From positions 18,786 through 82,785 of the forward strand of contig JABHWM010000020.1 in NCBI GenBank assembly GCA_018657765.1: 64,000 bases of DNA, given 5' to 3'. This document shows positions 41,945 to 51,893 of this stretch, one piece after another. The first letter of the stretch is position 1, and each line of letters begins with the position of its first letter. The stretch comes from Minisyncoccota bacterium. GTDB taxonomy: Bacteria > Patescibacteriota > Microgenomatia > UBA1400 > PJMF01. The notes below the pieces were generated by a model that worked only from the letters and a program-made list of their open reading frames with translations, made no database searches and was not told the DNA's origin. The position numbers were made by a program, and so were the translations under genes.

Positions 41945-42700
41945 ATGAAAAAATACGCCACTTTAATACAGGAGGCAATCAGTGCAGCCAAGAGCCAAGA
42001 TTGGAAGAAGGCTCTTGAGTTAAATAACGAACTTCTAGAAAGAAATAATAAAGATGTTGGAGCCCTTAATAGGATTGGTTTGGCTCATCTTCAGCTAGAA
42101 GAAACAGGTAAAGCTAAAAAATCTTTCGCTGCTGTTATTGAAATAGATAAGTCTAATATTATTGCTAATAAACATTTGAAAAATATTAAAAATAAACAAA
42201 AAACTAGCCTTTCTATGGCTCAAACATATTTCATTGAAGAACCTGGAAAAACAAAAATCACTGTTCTGCATAGATTAGCCAGAAAAGATTTACTTAAAAA
42301 ACTTCAGGTTGGTCAAAAATGCTCACTAATTATCAAAGGTAAACATATTTCTATCGAAACAGAAGAAAATAAATATGTTGGAGCTTTACCAGATGATTTA
42401 TCATTCCGTCTTTGTAAATTAATCCAAAGAGGTAATAAATATGACTGTCTTATTCATAAAATTACTACCAAGAGCTGTTCTGTTCACTTAAAAGAAAATA
42501 GAGTTTCTGCAAAGAACAAACATATTCTTTCGTTTCCTACTGGAAAAGCTTCTGCAATTCAAAGCATCTCTCCTCTTGAGGAAGAATTTCTTATTGAGAA
42601 AGATATTCCTATCAACATAAATAATGAATCTACTAACGAAAATAAAACAGATGAATTCGAGAATACTCTTGAAAAAATAAATAAGGGTGAAGAGATCTAA
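41945..42700 (+). CDS. TPR-repeat protein with C-terminal beta domain (possibly HIRAN-like)
   Basis: N-terminal TPRs (ALNRIGLAHLQL...A...F..VIEID), FIEEPGKTK, YVGALPDDLS. Confidence 0.75.
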   Translation: MKKYATLIQEAISAAKSQDWKKALELNNELLERNNKDVGALNRIGLAHLQLEETGKAKKSFAAVIEIDKSNIIANKHLKNIKNKQKTSLSMAQTYFIEEPGKTKITVLHRLARKDLLKKLQVGQKCSLIIKGKHISIETEENKYVGALPDDLSFRLCKLIQRGNKYDCLIHKITTKSCSVHLKENRVSAKNKHILSFPTGKASAIQSISPLEEEFLIEKDIPININNESTNENKTDEFENTLEKINKGEEI

Positions 42701-43627
42701 CTACTGATCCATATCTACACCAAGTTTTATCACGATATCAGCCCGGTATTGCTGAACTACCTGATCATCTTCTTTATAACTAATAGAACCTGGAAGTAAC
42801 TTTTCTGTTTTTTCTCTGGCTTTCTGGCAATTATTTTGTATCAAAGGGTCACTACTAACTACTATTTCAGTTCTTTCCAAGACATCTTCATCATTACCAA
42901 TTCTAATCACTGAAAATCCATCCTGGCTTAATACAGAGTCTATTCTGCCAGCCAGACCACTCATCGAAGTTGTATTGACCAAAGCAATACTACATAGAAA
43001 ACTATTAGTATCAGTAATAGCTAACTTTTTTTTCAAAGGAAAATCTTTCTGAGTATCATGAATATTAACTTCTGTTCTAGAATCACTCATCAGGGCTATC
43101 CAAGAAAATTTTGTTTTCATTGATGATGGTAACTCTAGTATTTCTTTGGAAAATAAAAGTTTTCTGAAATTATTTTTTCTATCCCACTGAGCCAAAGTCT
43201 CACTAACTGGCCAAACATCATCAACCACTGTTCCCAAAGTGAAACTATAAGTAGAACGAACTAAATTCAATGGCTTCTTCTCGAATGAAGCCAATAAAGG
43301 ATAAATAGCCTGAAAACGATAATCACCATACTCACCTACTTCTATCTCTACAGAAGTATCGAGTGGATACACATTAACATATAACTGTGAAAAATCTGCT
43401 TCTACAAGATAAGCTGGTGAACTATCTACTTCCCTGGAAACTACAAGAATAGTTTGCTTTGCATGGTTACTAACAAAGTCGCCAAAATGAATATTTCTGA
43501 TCATTAATCCAATAAAAAATAAACCCAATCCAAAACTCAAATATTTGAAACTTCGTTTTGATATAAAACCTTGTTTACTTTTTCTTTTATTCTTCTTTGA
43601 ACTGGCGTTTGTGGCAAAATCTTTCAC
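42701..43627 (-). CDS. Membrane-anchored protein with LytR C-terminal domain
   Basis: LVNTTSMSGLAGRI...GF...GN...ADIVIKLGVD. Start GTG 43627 inferred from TTGCCT-17-CATAAT ending 7 nt upstream. Confidence 0.75.
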   Translation of the reverse strand: MKDFATNASSKKNKRKSKQGFISKRSFKYLSFGLGLFFIGLMIRNIHFGDFVSNHAKQTILVVSREVDSSPAYLVEADFSQLYVNVYPLDTSVEIEVGEYGDYRFQAIYPLLASFEKKPLNLVRSTYSFTLGTVVDDVWPVSETLAQWDRKNNFRKLLFSKEILELPSSMKTKFSWIALMSDSRTEVNIHDTQKDFPLKKKLAITDTNSFLCSIALVNTTSMSGLAGRIDSVLSQDGFSVIRIGNDEDVLERTEIVVSSDPLIQNNCQKAREKTEKLLPGSISYKEDDQVVQQYRADIVIKLGVDMDQ

Positions 43628-43680
43628 TTTTTCTATTATGAGAAGAAATTGCTTCTGAGGCAAGACTACTTCTGCAAACA

Positions 43681-43710
43681 AAAAAGCGAGTACTTATTTT
43701 AAGTACTCGC
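43681..43710 (-). terminator. Intrinsic terminator of rpsB-tsf
   Basis: GCGAGTACTT/AAGTACTCGC stem followed by a T-tract on the minus strand. Confidence 0.75.
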
Positions 43711-43737
43711 CTCTTATTTTTTAAAAAATTAATTAAT

Positions 43738-44208
43738 TTACTCAGCAATCTCAGCACCAACCTCGAAACGTACAAATCTTCGTAACTCCATCTTTTCACC
43801 GATCTTACCGCTCAAAGCTTTGATCATCATTGCAATAGTAGTACTAGCATCACGAACAAATTCTTGTTCTAAAAGCTCTTCTACAGTTGCTGGATTCATA
43901 GCAGTAACATGCATAGCAATATCACTAGCCATACTTGTAAACTCTTCATTTTTTGCAACAAAATCAGTTTCACAAACTATCTCTACCAAACTAGCAACCT
44001 TACCAGTGTTGTGAACATAACTGGCTATATAGCCTTCTTTTGTTTCACGATCAGAATTCTTCTCTGCTCTTGCAAGACCTTTTTCTTCAACGATTTTAAC
44101 TGCCTTGTCAAAATCACCATCAGCCTTTTCCAAAGCTTTTTTACAGTCCATTATACGAGCACTAGTTGCTTCTCTAAGTTTTTTAATATCATCCATGGAA
44201 ATAGCCAT
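43738..44208 (-). CDS. tsf: Elongation factor Ts (short form)
   Basis: IKKLREAT...MDCKKAL, CETDFVA; directly after rpsB. Confidence 0.96.
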   Translation of the reverse strand: MAISMDDIKKLREATSARIMDCKKALEKADGDFDKAVKIVEEKGLARAEKNSDRETKEGYIASYVHNTGKVASLVEIVCETDFVAKNEEFTSMASDIAMHVTAMNPATVEELLEQEFVRDASTTIAMMIKALSGKIGEKMELRRFVRFEVGAEIAE

Positions 44209-44238
44209 TATGATCCTCCTTTATTTATTCTTTAAATT

Positions 44239-44961
44239 TTATTTTTTAGATTTTCTTCCCTCAGCATAAGCTTTGGAAAGTTCAGTAAGTACAATTTCAA
44301 TACTACTCAAAGCATCATCATTACCAGGAATAGGTAAATCTATATTAGCTGGGTTAGTATTGGAATCAATCAAAGCAATAACAGGAATTCCCACTTTAGT
44401 GGCTTCTGCTACAGCATTTTTTTCTCTTTTTGGATCAATGACAACGAGACAATCAGGTTTACCTTTGAGATCTTTTACACCTTCAAAGAAACGAGATAAA
44501 CGATTATGTTCTTTTTCTAGCTGAACTCTTTCAAATTTTGTATATCCATCGAATTTTCCAGATTCAAGACCACTAGCAATAGTATTCATTCTCTTGATAG
44601 ATTTATTTATCTGATTCCAGTTAGTGAGCATTCCACCCATCCAACGTTGAGCCATATATAAAGCACCTGCTTCAGAAGCTTTTCCACGAACTAAATCTCT
44701 AGCTTGACGTTTTGTACCAACAAAAATAACTTTCTTACCTTTACTCCCTAGATCAAATAAGAAATTGTAAGCTAATTTTAGTTGAGCTTCTGTTTTTGCT
44801 AAATCAAAAATATGAACACCATCTTTTTCCATGTAGATGAAGTCCTTCATTTTTGGATGCCATTTGGCACTACTGTGTCCAAAATGCATACCTGCCTCAA
44901 GAAAATTTCTCAAGTCGTACTCTGGAGCTTTATCTGGATATTCTGAAAAATCCATAAACAT
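44239..44961 (-). CDS. rpsB: 30S ribosomal protein S2
   Basis: EAGMHFGH, FVGTK, RWMGGMLTN, IPGNDD. Confidence 0.97.
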   Translation of the reverse strand: MFMDFSEYPDKAPEYDLRNFLEAGMHFGHSSAKWHPKMKDFIYMEKDGVHIFDLAKTEAQLKLAYNFLFDLGSKGKKVIFVGTKRQARDLVRGKASEAGALYMAQRWMGGMLTNWNQINKSIKRMNTIASGLESGKFDGYTKFERVQLEKEHNRLSRFFEGVKDLKGKPDCLVVIDPKREKNAVAEATKVGIPVIALIDSNTNPANIDLPIPGNDDALSSIEIVLTELSKAYAEGRKSKK

Positions 44962-45092
44962 ATATGTCCTTGCTTCTCCGAATTCTTATTCGGTGTCTCC
45001 CCTCTCACTACAAATCAGGACGATGTAAAAAGTGATTTGGGGCTAATAATACTTATTAATTTTCACTAACTACTGTCAATGAAGAGATTGGA

Positions 45093-46025
45093 TTATATCA
45101 TAGATTTCATCTGGTGTAACCAAAAAGCATTCTCCATCAAACTAACAACCGTCATTGGCCCTACTCCGCCAGGAACTGGAGTCACTGCAGCGGCAATATT
45201 CATTACAGAATCTTGATCAACATCACCATTGGGTTCACCTACATCTATGATGACTGATCCTTCTTTCACCATACTGCCATTTATCAGATTTTTTCTGCCT
45301 GTAGCTGTTACTATTACATCTGCATCTTTCAAGAAAATATTATCCTCAATTCTTGTTTTTAATTCCTGTGAACCAATCATTTCTACAGAACATTTTTTTG
45401 AAGATAGAACAGCATAAAGTGGTTGGCCCAATAAATCTGACTTACCAATAATTACTGTTTTTAGAGAGTTATCACGAAGATGTGCAAAGAGATGTTCTGT
45501 CTCAAATGCTTTTTCCAAAAGTCTAATAGTTGCCTGACAAGTTGCTGGTAAAACTCTACCTTTTGCTCTCCAGCCACCTTCTTGTAAAGTACTCAGATTA
45601 CTAGGATGAAGTCCATCTACATCTTTATTTATATCTAGTACAGAGACTAACTCTCTCCACCATTTACCAAATTTATCTTTTCCTTCTTCCATAGAATAAC
45701 CACTAGCTTTTATCCAAGTTTTTCTCCATGGTTTCTGAATAATAATCCCGGTGATATCTGTTTGTTTATTAAGCTTTTGCAGCTTATCAATAATCTTTTG
45801 CTGATCATCAACAACAGAGAAAGAAAAAACCCGATACTCTATCCCCAAATCCTCTGCTAATTCTTTTTTTAGCCTAGTATAAAGTTGACTACCAATGTCC
45901 TCATGAAAAAGAATCGCAGCAATCACCAGCTTAGTTTCTGATAAACGTAAGGCTCTAGCTTCATCTAGAAGTTTTTTCTGATAATAAAAAGCCAGCTGGT
46001 AGCCATCAAGTATTTTTGTTTTCAT
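45093..46025 (-). CDS. folD: Bifunctional methylene-THF dehydrogenase/cyclohydrolase
   Basis: YxxxK, KDVDGLHP, TPVPGGVGPMTV. Confidence 0.92.
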   Translation of the reverse strand: MKTKILDGYQLAFYYQKKLLDEARALRLSETKLVIAAILFHEDIGSQLYTRLKKELAEDLGIEYRVFSFSVVDDQQKIIDKLQKLNKQTDITGIIIQKPWRKTWIKASGYSMEEGKDKFGKWWRELVSVLDINKDVDGLHPSNLSTLQEGGWRAKGRVLPATCQATIRLLEKAFETEHLFAHLRDNSLKTVIIGKSDLLGQPLYAVLSSKKCSVEMIGSQELKTRIEDNIFLKDADVIVTATGRKNLINGSMVKEGSVIIDVGEPNGDVDQDSVMNIAAAVTPVPGGVGPMTVVSLMENAFWLHQMKSMI

Positions 46026-46056
46026 TTTTTAATATCTTTTTTAAGATTTTATCTGG

Positions 46057-46902
46057 TTATTTTAACATTTTCTTTAGCTTATTAATATTTTCTGCATCAG
46101 GACCTTTGCCTTCACCTGGAACTTCTAGAACTAGAGGTATGTTTTTAAGTCGTTTATCATTAACAAATTCCTCAAGTTCTTCAGGTGGAATGTTTCCTTC
46201 ACCAAGGTTGGCATGACGATCACGACCAGAGGCAAAAGTATCTCTACTATCATTGACATGAACACAAGCCAAAGTATCTAGTAGATCCAGCTTTTCAATT
46301 GTATCTACAACAGAGTTCTCACCAGATAAATTCCAGCCTGCAGCAAAACCATGACAGGTATCAAAACACCAACTCACTCTATCTGACTTAAGTTGATCCA
46401 TTAACCAACGAATCTCTGTAAGATCACTGGCTATTTTCCCTTTTTGACCAGCCGAATTCTCTATAATAAAAGTAGAGTCTTCTGGTGTGTCTTCCAAGAC
46501 TTCGGATATTCTTTGGACCATTAGATCTTTGGTAGCATCAAATCCTCTACCTTGATGACTACCCAAATGAACTACTACTCCAGCCCCCTTTATATGGCTA
46601 TCAAAACGTAAATCATGCTCCAAAGCCTCTATAGATTTTTGAGCTAGTTCTGGTTTATCTGTAGCAAGATTCACCAAATATAATGCATGAGTAAAGATTG
46701 GTGTAACATCATATTTATCTCTATTTGCAGATATTTTATCTACATTGATTCTATCCAAAGAGGTACGTCTCCACATCCGAGGACTTCCCGAAAAGATCTG
46801 TAAAGCATTGGCCCCAATTGCATGAGCTCTCTCTACGGCTTTATCTACTCCACCTGTAGTAGATAGATGAGCTCCTATTCTTTTTGTTTTTGCACTTTTC
46901 AT
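46057..46902 (-). CDS. nfo: Endonuclease IV
   Basis: IGAHLS, HALYLVNLA, IENSAG, DTCH, HVNDS, DRH. Confidence 0.94.
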   Translation of the reverse strand: MKSAKTKRIGAHLSTTGGVDKAVERAHAIGANALQIFSGSPRMWRRTSLDRINVDKISANRDKYDVTPIFTHALYLVNLATDKPELAQKSIEALEHDLRFDSHIKGAGVVVHLGSHQGRGFDATKDLMVQRISEVLEDTPEDSTFIIENSAGQKGKIASDLTEIRWLMDQLKSDRVSWCFDTCHGFAAGWNLSGENSVVDTIEKLDLLDTLACVHVNDSRDTFASGRDRHANLGEGNIPPEELEEFVNDKRLKNIPLVLEVPGEGKGPDAENINKLKKMLK

Positions 46903-46948
46903 AATTTTTCCAATCTAAAAATAGAGTTTCTCTTTCTATTACCAGTTA

Positions 46949-48307
46949 CTATTCCCAAGTAAATAATGGATACTTTTCTGCCAAAGTTTCTACTTCATGA
47001 CGAATAGCTAGCAACTTTTCATTTTTAAGAGCTTTTACTCTAAAGTCTTTAATGAATTGACGACGTTCTTTTTTATCACTTGGTAATTGTTCTCCTTTTA
47101 CTTCATCAACCACCGCAACTATCCAGTCAGCAATTTGCTCCATTTCTTTCTCTTTCATTCCTCTACTTGTTACTAAAGGAGTTCCAAGTCTTATTCCAGA
47201 TGGATAAAAAGGAGAGCATGGCTCATGAGGGATTGTATTTCTATTGGCATAAAGACCAGCCACATCCATCGCAAAAGCTACTTGTAATCCCATACCTTCT
47301 CCATAAGGAGTTAGATCTAAAAGCATTAGGTGAGTTTCTGTTCCTCCTCCTACCAATTTGAGACCTTTTTCTTGAAGAGATGCTGCTAAAACATCAGCGT
47401 TTTTTCTTACCTGTTGTCCATATTTCTTGAATTCAGGTCTAGCTGCTTCCTCAGCTGCAATAGCAATACCAGCTGTAGTTGCGTTATGAGGACCACCTTG
47501 TAGTGCTGGGAAAACTGCTTTATCTATTTTCTTTCCTAGATCAGGATCTCTATCAAGTCCTTTTTGAGTTACCAATATCATTGCACCACGAGGACCTCTA
47601 AAAGTTTTGTGAGTTGTAGACATAATCACATCTGCAAATGGTACTGGAGATAGATGTTCCTCTGCCACTACTAGACCAGTGACATGAGAGATGTCTGCCA
47701 ATAACCAAGCTCCCACCTCATCTGCAATCTCTCTGAACTTAGCAAAATCTAACTCAAAGGGATAAGCTGTATTTCCAGCAATTATTAATTTTGGCTTATG
47801 TTTCAGGGCTAGTTCTCTAACTTGCTCAAAATCAATTCTGGCATTTTCATCTAGACCATACTGAACAGAATTAAAGTATTTACCAGAGAAAGTTACCTTG
47901 GGATGGCCGTGAGTCAGATGTCCTCCTCCAGAAAGAGCTAGACCCATCATTGTGTCCCCAGGCTCTAGCAAAGCAAACTCTATAGCTCCATTTGCTGGAG
48001 ATCCAGAATATGGCTGAACATTAACATGAGGCACACCAAATAATTTTTTTATTCTTTCTTGAGCCAAAACCTCTATTTCATCAACAAACTGATTACCTTC
48101 ATAGTACCTACGATGAGGATAACCCTCTGCATACTTACTAGAAAGACAACTTGATAAAACCTCAGATACCTCTGGAGAAATATGATTTTCTGAAGGAATC
48201 AAACCAATCATTTTTGTCTGACGATCACATTCTTTATTAATTAGGGAAAAAACTATGTGACCCAGGTCATCTTCTCTTGTTTTACAATTCACCTTATCTT
48301 TTTTCAT
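46949..48307 (-). CDS. glyA: Serine hydroxymethyltransferase
   Basis: LIPSEN, KYAEGYP, GGHLTHG, STTHKTFRGPRG. Confidence 0.97.
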   Translation of the reverse strand: MKKDKVNCKTREDDLGHIVFSLINKECDRQTKMIGLIPSENHISPEVSEVLSSCLSSKYAEGYPHRRYYEGNQFVDEIEVLAQERIKKLFGVPHVNVQPYSGSPANGAIEFALLEPGDTMMGLALSGGGHLTHGHPKVTFSGKYFNSVQYGLDENARIDFEQVRELALKHKPKLIIAGNTAYPFELDFAKFREIADEVGAWLLADISHVTGLVVAEEHLSPVPFADVIMSTTHKTFRGPRGAMILVTQKGLDRDPDLGKKIDKAVFPALQGGPHNATTAGIAIAAEEAARPEFKKYGQQVRKNADVLAASLQEKGLKLVGGGTETHLMLLDLTPYGEGMGLQVAFAMDVAGLYANRNTIPHEPCSPFYPSGIRLGTPLVTSRGMKEKEMEQIADWIVAVVDEVKGEQLPSDKKERRQFIKDFRVKALKNEKLLAIRHEVETLAEKYPLFTWE

Positions 48308-48557
48308 GAATAACTACTTTCTTTTTATATAGTAGATCTTAATATACTACTTTTTTTATTGAATTACTGAATTTATACAAATACTTTTAAAATGAAACGA
48401 AAAATAACCAAACTCAAACCAAGTATGATCTGAATCTAATCAAAAAAACCTTAGCTAGCTAAGCAGTAGAAAGGCTAGTTAAAAAAAATAAACGAGATTT
48501 AATCATGATCTAGGTATTTTACTTTGTTTAGTAAAAACTGAAAAGAAGCTAATCTAA

Positions 48558-49172
48558 TTAGCCTAAATCTTGGTGATACTCTTCTAGCCACTCTTTTCTA
48601 GCACCCAACTGCATCATTCTCTTATTTATCTCCTCTACAGAAAGACCCTCTTTACTCCATTTTTCTTGGAAAAAAGAAAAAGCTTCCTTATTCTCATAAG
48701 GAAAAACAATCCAAGCACTTGTCTCTGGACCATGAAAATCTGGTTTGATAACTGAATGCTTTTTATAAAACAAAGTTACTATCGTAATATCCTTAACACC
48801 AGCTTCCAATAAATACTGCTTGGTAAACTCGAGTGACTTACCTGTATCTGCAACATCATCAAACAAAACTACACTTTCTCCTTTGACAGAGATTGGTAAT
48901 TCTTGGTAAACAACCGGCTTTTCAAAACGTTCCCCTATTTCTTTTTTATAGAACTTAACTCCAACACTAGCTACTTCTTTGATTCCAGTGAAATCTACTA
49001 AAGACCGAGTCATTGGCCAACCACCTTTTGCCAAAGTAATAATTCTATCTGCTTTAACTCCTGCCTGTTTCATTTTCTTTGATAATAAAAAAGTAATCTG
49101 GCTCATCTCATCCCAGGTGGGAGCGATGTATTCAATAGAATCATTAGAAAATGTAATTGTTGAAAAATCCAT
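48558..49172 (-). CDS. Type I phosphoribosyltransferase (purine salvage, Gpt/Hpt-like)
   Basis: LAKGG, VLFDDVADTGKS, WIVFPYE. Confidence 0.85.
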   Translation of the reverse strand: MDFSTITFSNDSIEYIAPTWDEMSQITFLLSKKMKQAGVKADRIITLAKGGWPMTRSLVDFTGIKEVASVGVKFYKKEIGERFEKPVVYQELPISVKGESVVLFDDVADTGKSLEFTKQYLLEAGVKDITIVTLFYKKHSVIKPDFHGPETSAWIVFPYENKEAFSFFQEKWSKEGLSVEEINKRMMQLGARKEWLEEYHQDLG

Positions 49173-49217
49173 AGATTTGCTTTCTGTTATGTTAAATTAA
49201 AAAACTAGTAACTCTGT

Positions 49218-50084
49218 TTATTTTTCTTTCAAAAAATCTAATACTTGTTGTAGATCATCAGCTAAAGGTGCTTTAAACTCTACTTTTTTTTGAGTCCTTG
49301 GATGAAAAACTTCCAAAGTTTCTGCATGTAAAAATTGACGAGGACACCAAATAGGATCTATCTTTGCTCTTTTTCTGCCAAGATAAGTAACATCTCCAAC
49401 CAAAGGATGCTGTTCATGGGCCATATGCACTCTAATTTGGTGCGTTCTGCCTGTTTTTGGCCAGCAATGGACCAATGAAAATCCCTGATCATAAAACCTT
49501 AGAGATTGCTTCATTAGCTTTGCTTTTTTTTCTTCCAGTTCTACAAAATCATCTTTTTGAAAACCTCTATAAACTGTTTTGACCAGGTACTTTGTCTCGG
49601 CTGCTCTGCCAGAAACATCCACTGCAAATTTTCTACGATCTACTCTGGCTCTAGCCAAAGGAGCAGAAATCACTCCAGCCGGAACTCGGAATGCTCCATG
49701 AACAAGGGTTAAGTATTTCTTCTGAGTTTTTCTTTTACGAAATTGAGCCAATAAATTAACCAAACTACCAGGATGTTTTGCAAAAATCATTACTCCACTC
49801 GTATCTTTATCTAAACGATGCACCATCCCTTGTCGTTGTTCAAATATCTCTTCTGGAGATCCATACTCTGTAGAGAAATTTACAGGCACTAACTTCTGCC
49901 AATCTTCTGGAAAAACAGTTTTATTTTGTAGATAATTATCTGTAAACCACTCTTGTAGAGATTTTTCTTTTACTGATACGGCTGCATTTGTCACAACACC
50001 ACTGGGTTTTGAAACAATAACTATATCTTGATCTTCAAAAATAACAGTAATTTTATCTAGTAGGTTTGTTTTATTTATTTGCAC
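49218..50084 (-). CDS. RluA/RluD family pseudouridine synthase
   Basis: KPSG, VHRLDKDTSG, TGRTHQIRVH, LHA. Confidence 0.94.
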   Translation of the reverse strand: MQINKTNLLDKITVIFEDQDIVIVSKPSGVVTNAAVSVKEKSLQEWFTDNYLQNKTVFPEDWQKLVPVNFSTEYGSPEEIFEQRQGMVHRLDKDTSGVMIFAKHPGSLVNLLAQFRKRKTQKKYLTLVHGAFRVPAGVISAPLARARVDRRKFAVDVSGRAAETKYLVKTVYRGFQKDDFVELEEKKAKLMKQSLRFYDQGFSLVHCWPKTGRTHQIRVHMAHEQHPLVGDVTYLGRKRAKIDPIWCPRQFLHAETLEVFHPRTQKKVEFKAPLADDLQQVLDFLKEK

Positions 50085-50089
50085 TTTAT

Positions 50090-50614
50090 TTACTTGTGCC
50101 CTTTACTTTGGGTATTACTTTTTTTAACTAAATACAAATTAATTATTTCATCCCCTATTATGCCCAAAAAGCCAATAATTATAAAGATGTCTGCAAAATT
50201 ATTAGTAAAATTAAAAAAAGGTAACTGCAGCCAATCTCTTACCCCAGTAAAAAACAACCTATCTAGTAAATTAGAAAAAGCTCCAGCTAGAAAAAAAACT
50301 CTGCCTAGCTTACCTATAAAGGCAGTTGGTGGGTAAAACTTTAGTAAAAAAAGAATAGTTGCTACAAAAAAGAAAACTATAATAAATAAAGTAAAAGGTA
50401 GATTAACACCAAAACTAACTCCTGAATTGATTTCTTTTACTGGTGAAAGATACTTCGAAAATTGATCAGCAAAAATAATAAATATGCTCAGTAAAATCCA
50501 TAGAACTTGTTTTGAAAAATTATCAGAAGAGCTATTCTTCACGTTTCTTCCTAGATCTATTTCTAAGTTTTTCTCTAAAAGAAGCTGGCAAAAATGGTTT
50601 ATCTGATCTACCAA
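50090..50614 (-). CDS. lspA: Signal peptidase II
   Basis: DQFSK, NSGVSFG, SNLLDR, VRDW, NFAD. The true start may be GTG 50542. Confidence 0.85.
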   Translation of the reverse strand: MVDQINHFCQLLLEKNLEIDLGRNVKNSSSDNFSKQVLWILLSIFIIFADQFSKYLSPVKEINSGVSFGVNLPFTLFIIVFFFVATILFLLKFYPPTAFIGKLGRVFFLAGAFSNLLDRLFFTGVRDWLQLPFFNFTNNFADIFIIIGFLGIIGDEIINLYLVKKSNTQSKGHK

Positions 50615-51362
50615 GGAGCATCCTTACTCCATAAAAAAGTATTCCCAAATAGATCCAACCATCTAATGCCTTTCCAGCAATAATAAACTCTGGTAAACGG
50701 AAGAAAAGCATTAACAAAGAAAAAAGAGAAAAGAAAATCCAGAAGTTACTCATCAAAAAACCAGTCTGAGCAGCTTTCTTTCCTAATCTGTACCACTCAA
50801 AAGTTCTATAACGACTCTCTGCCCAATTGAGATATATATAAAGAATAAAAAAGAAAATTATAGAGTAAACCTGAACTGGATGAGTTTTTTGAATAGCTCC
50901 AGGAAAAGTAATACCTATAAAGCTCTCTGTAAATTTACCTCTACCAACCCCAGCAAAGAACTCTCCAATACTCCCAAATAGAAGCCAAACAGTCAAAGTA
51001 ATCGACCAAAAATCAAGCACTTCATGAACATCCCATTTTTTTCTAGTCGAAAAAATCTTTAGAAAAATACTAGAGATAATAATAAAAACAATATCTTGCA
51101 GACCAGGATTACCAATAAAATCTAACCATTTACCAATGTTTAAACCAAATCTAGACCAATTAAGTAAGATAAAACCTATACGAGCTCCCACCAATCCGAC
51201 CAAAAAAGACAATAAAAAACCATCAAAAAGTTGTATCTCTGAGTAATGCTCTTCTTTACCTCTTCTCCAAAAAGCCAGCCCCGTTAGAAAAAATCCAAGT
51301 AATAAAATAATGCTGATTGTAGATATGCTAAATGATCCAAAAGAAATAAGAGTAGGCCACAT
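50532..51362 (-). CDS. lgt: Prolipoprotein diacylglyceryl transferase-like protein (divergent active site)
   Basis: MWPTLI, GARIG, HPVQVY; adjacent to lspA. Confidence 0.75.
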   Translation of the reverse strand: MWPTLISFGSFSISTISIILLLGFFLTGLAFWRRGKEEHYSEIQLFDGFLLSFLVGLVGARIGFILLNWSRFGLNIGKWLDFIGNPGLQDIVFIIISSIFLKIFSTRKKWDVHEVLDFWSITLTVWLLFGSIGEFFAGVGRGKFTESFIGITFPGAIQKTHPVQVYSIIFFFILYIYLNWAESRYRTFEWYRLGKKAAQTGFLMSNFWIFFSLFSLLMLFFRLPEFIIAGKALDGWIYLGILFYGVRMLLGRSDKPFLPASFREKLRNRSRKKREE

Positions 51363-51388
51363 AATAGTTTCCTATTATAATACGGAAC

Positions 51389-51841
51389 ATGCTTTCAATC
51401 TCACACGGATTAACAGGAGCCTTTTTTGCAGCTCAGTTACAAGATCCTATTCTATATGTACCAATTGCTCTATTTTCTCATTATCTAGAGGACTGGATCC
51501 CCCATTGGGACATGGGAACAGGACTCTCTGACGGAAAAAGAACTAGATCTGCAGCTATTATTTTAGGAAGTATTGAATTATCAATTGCTCTTGGAGCTAT
51601 CTTTTTTTTGTGGGGCTCCCCTACTCTTGCCAATTATCATATCTGGCTGGGAGCGTTTATTGGCTTGTTACCAGATTTTCTAGAAGCACCTCGTAATTTT
51701 CTTCATTGGGAACCAAGTTTCCTGAAATCAATAAATAAATTCCATGCAGGGTTTCATCACTCTGTCCCCAATAAAGTGTTGGGACTGGTGCCACAGGTAT
51801 TGTTATGGGGTATAATAATAGCTCTTACAATATCAAAGTAA
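51389..51841 (+). CDS. Membrane-bound metal-dependent hydrolase-like protein (YdjM-like)
   Basis: H.LTG, SHYLEDWIPH, LPD motifs within TM segments. Confidence 0.6.
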   Translation: MLSISHGLTGAFFAAQLQDPILYVPIALFSHYLEDWIPHWDMGTGLSDGKRTRSAAIILGSIELSIALGAIFFLWGSPTLANYHIWLGAFIGLLPDFLEAPRNFLHWEPSFLKSINKFHAGFHHSVPNKVLGLVPQVLLWGIIIALTISK

Positions 51842-51893
51842 TATTATCTTGATAGGTAATTTTAAAAAAGATTTAAAAAAAGAATTTAAATTT

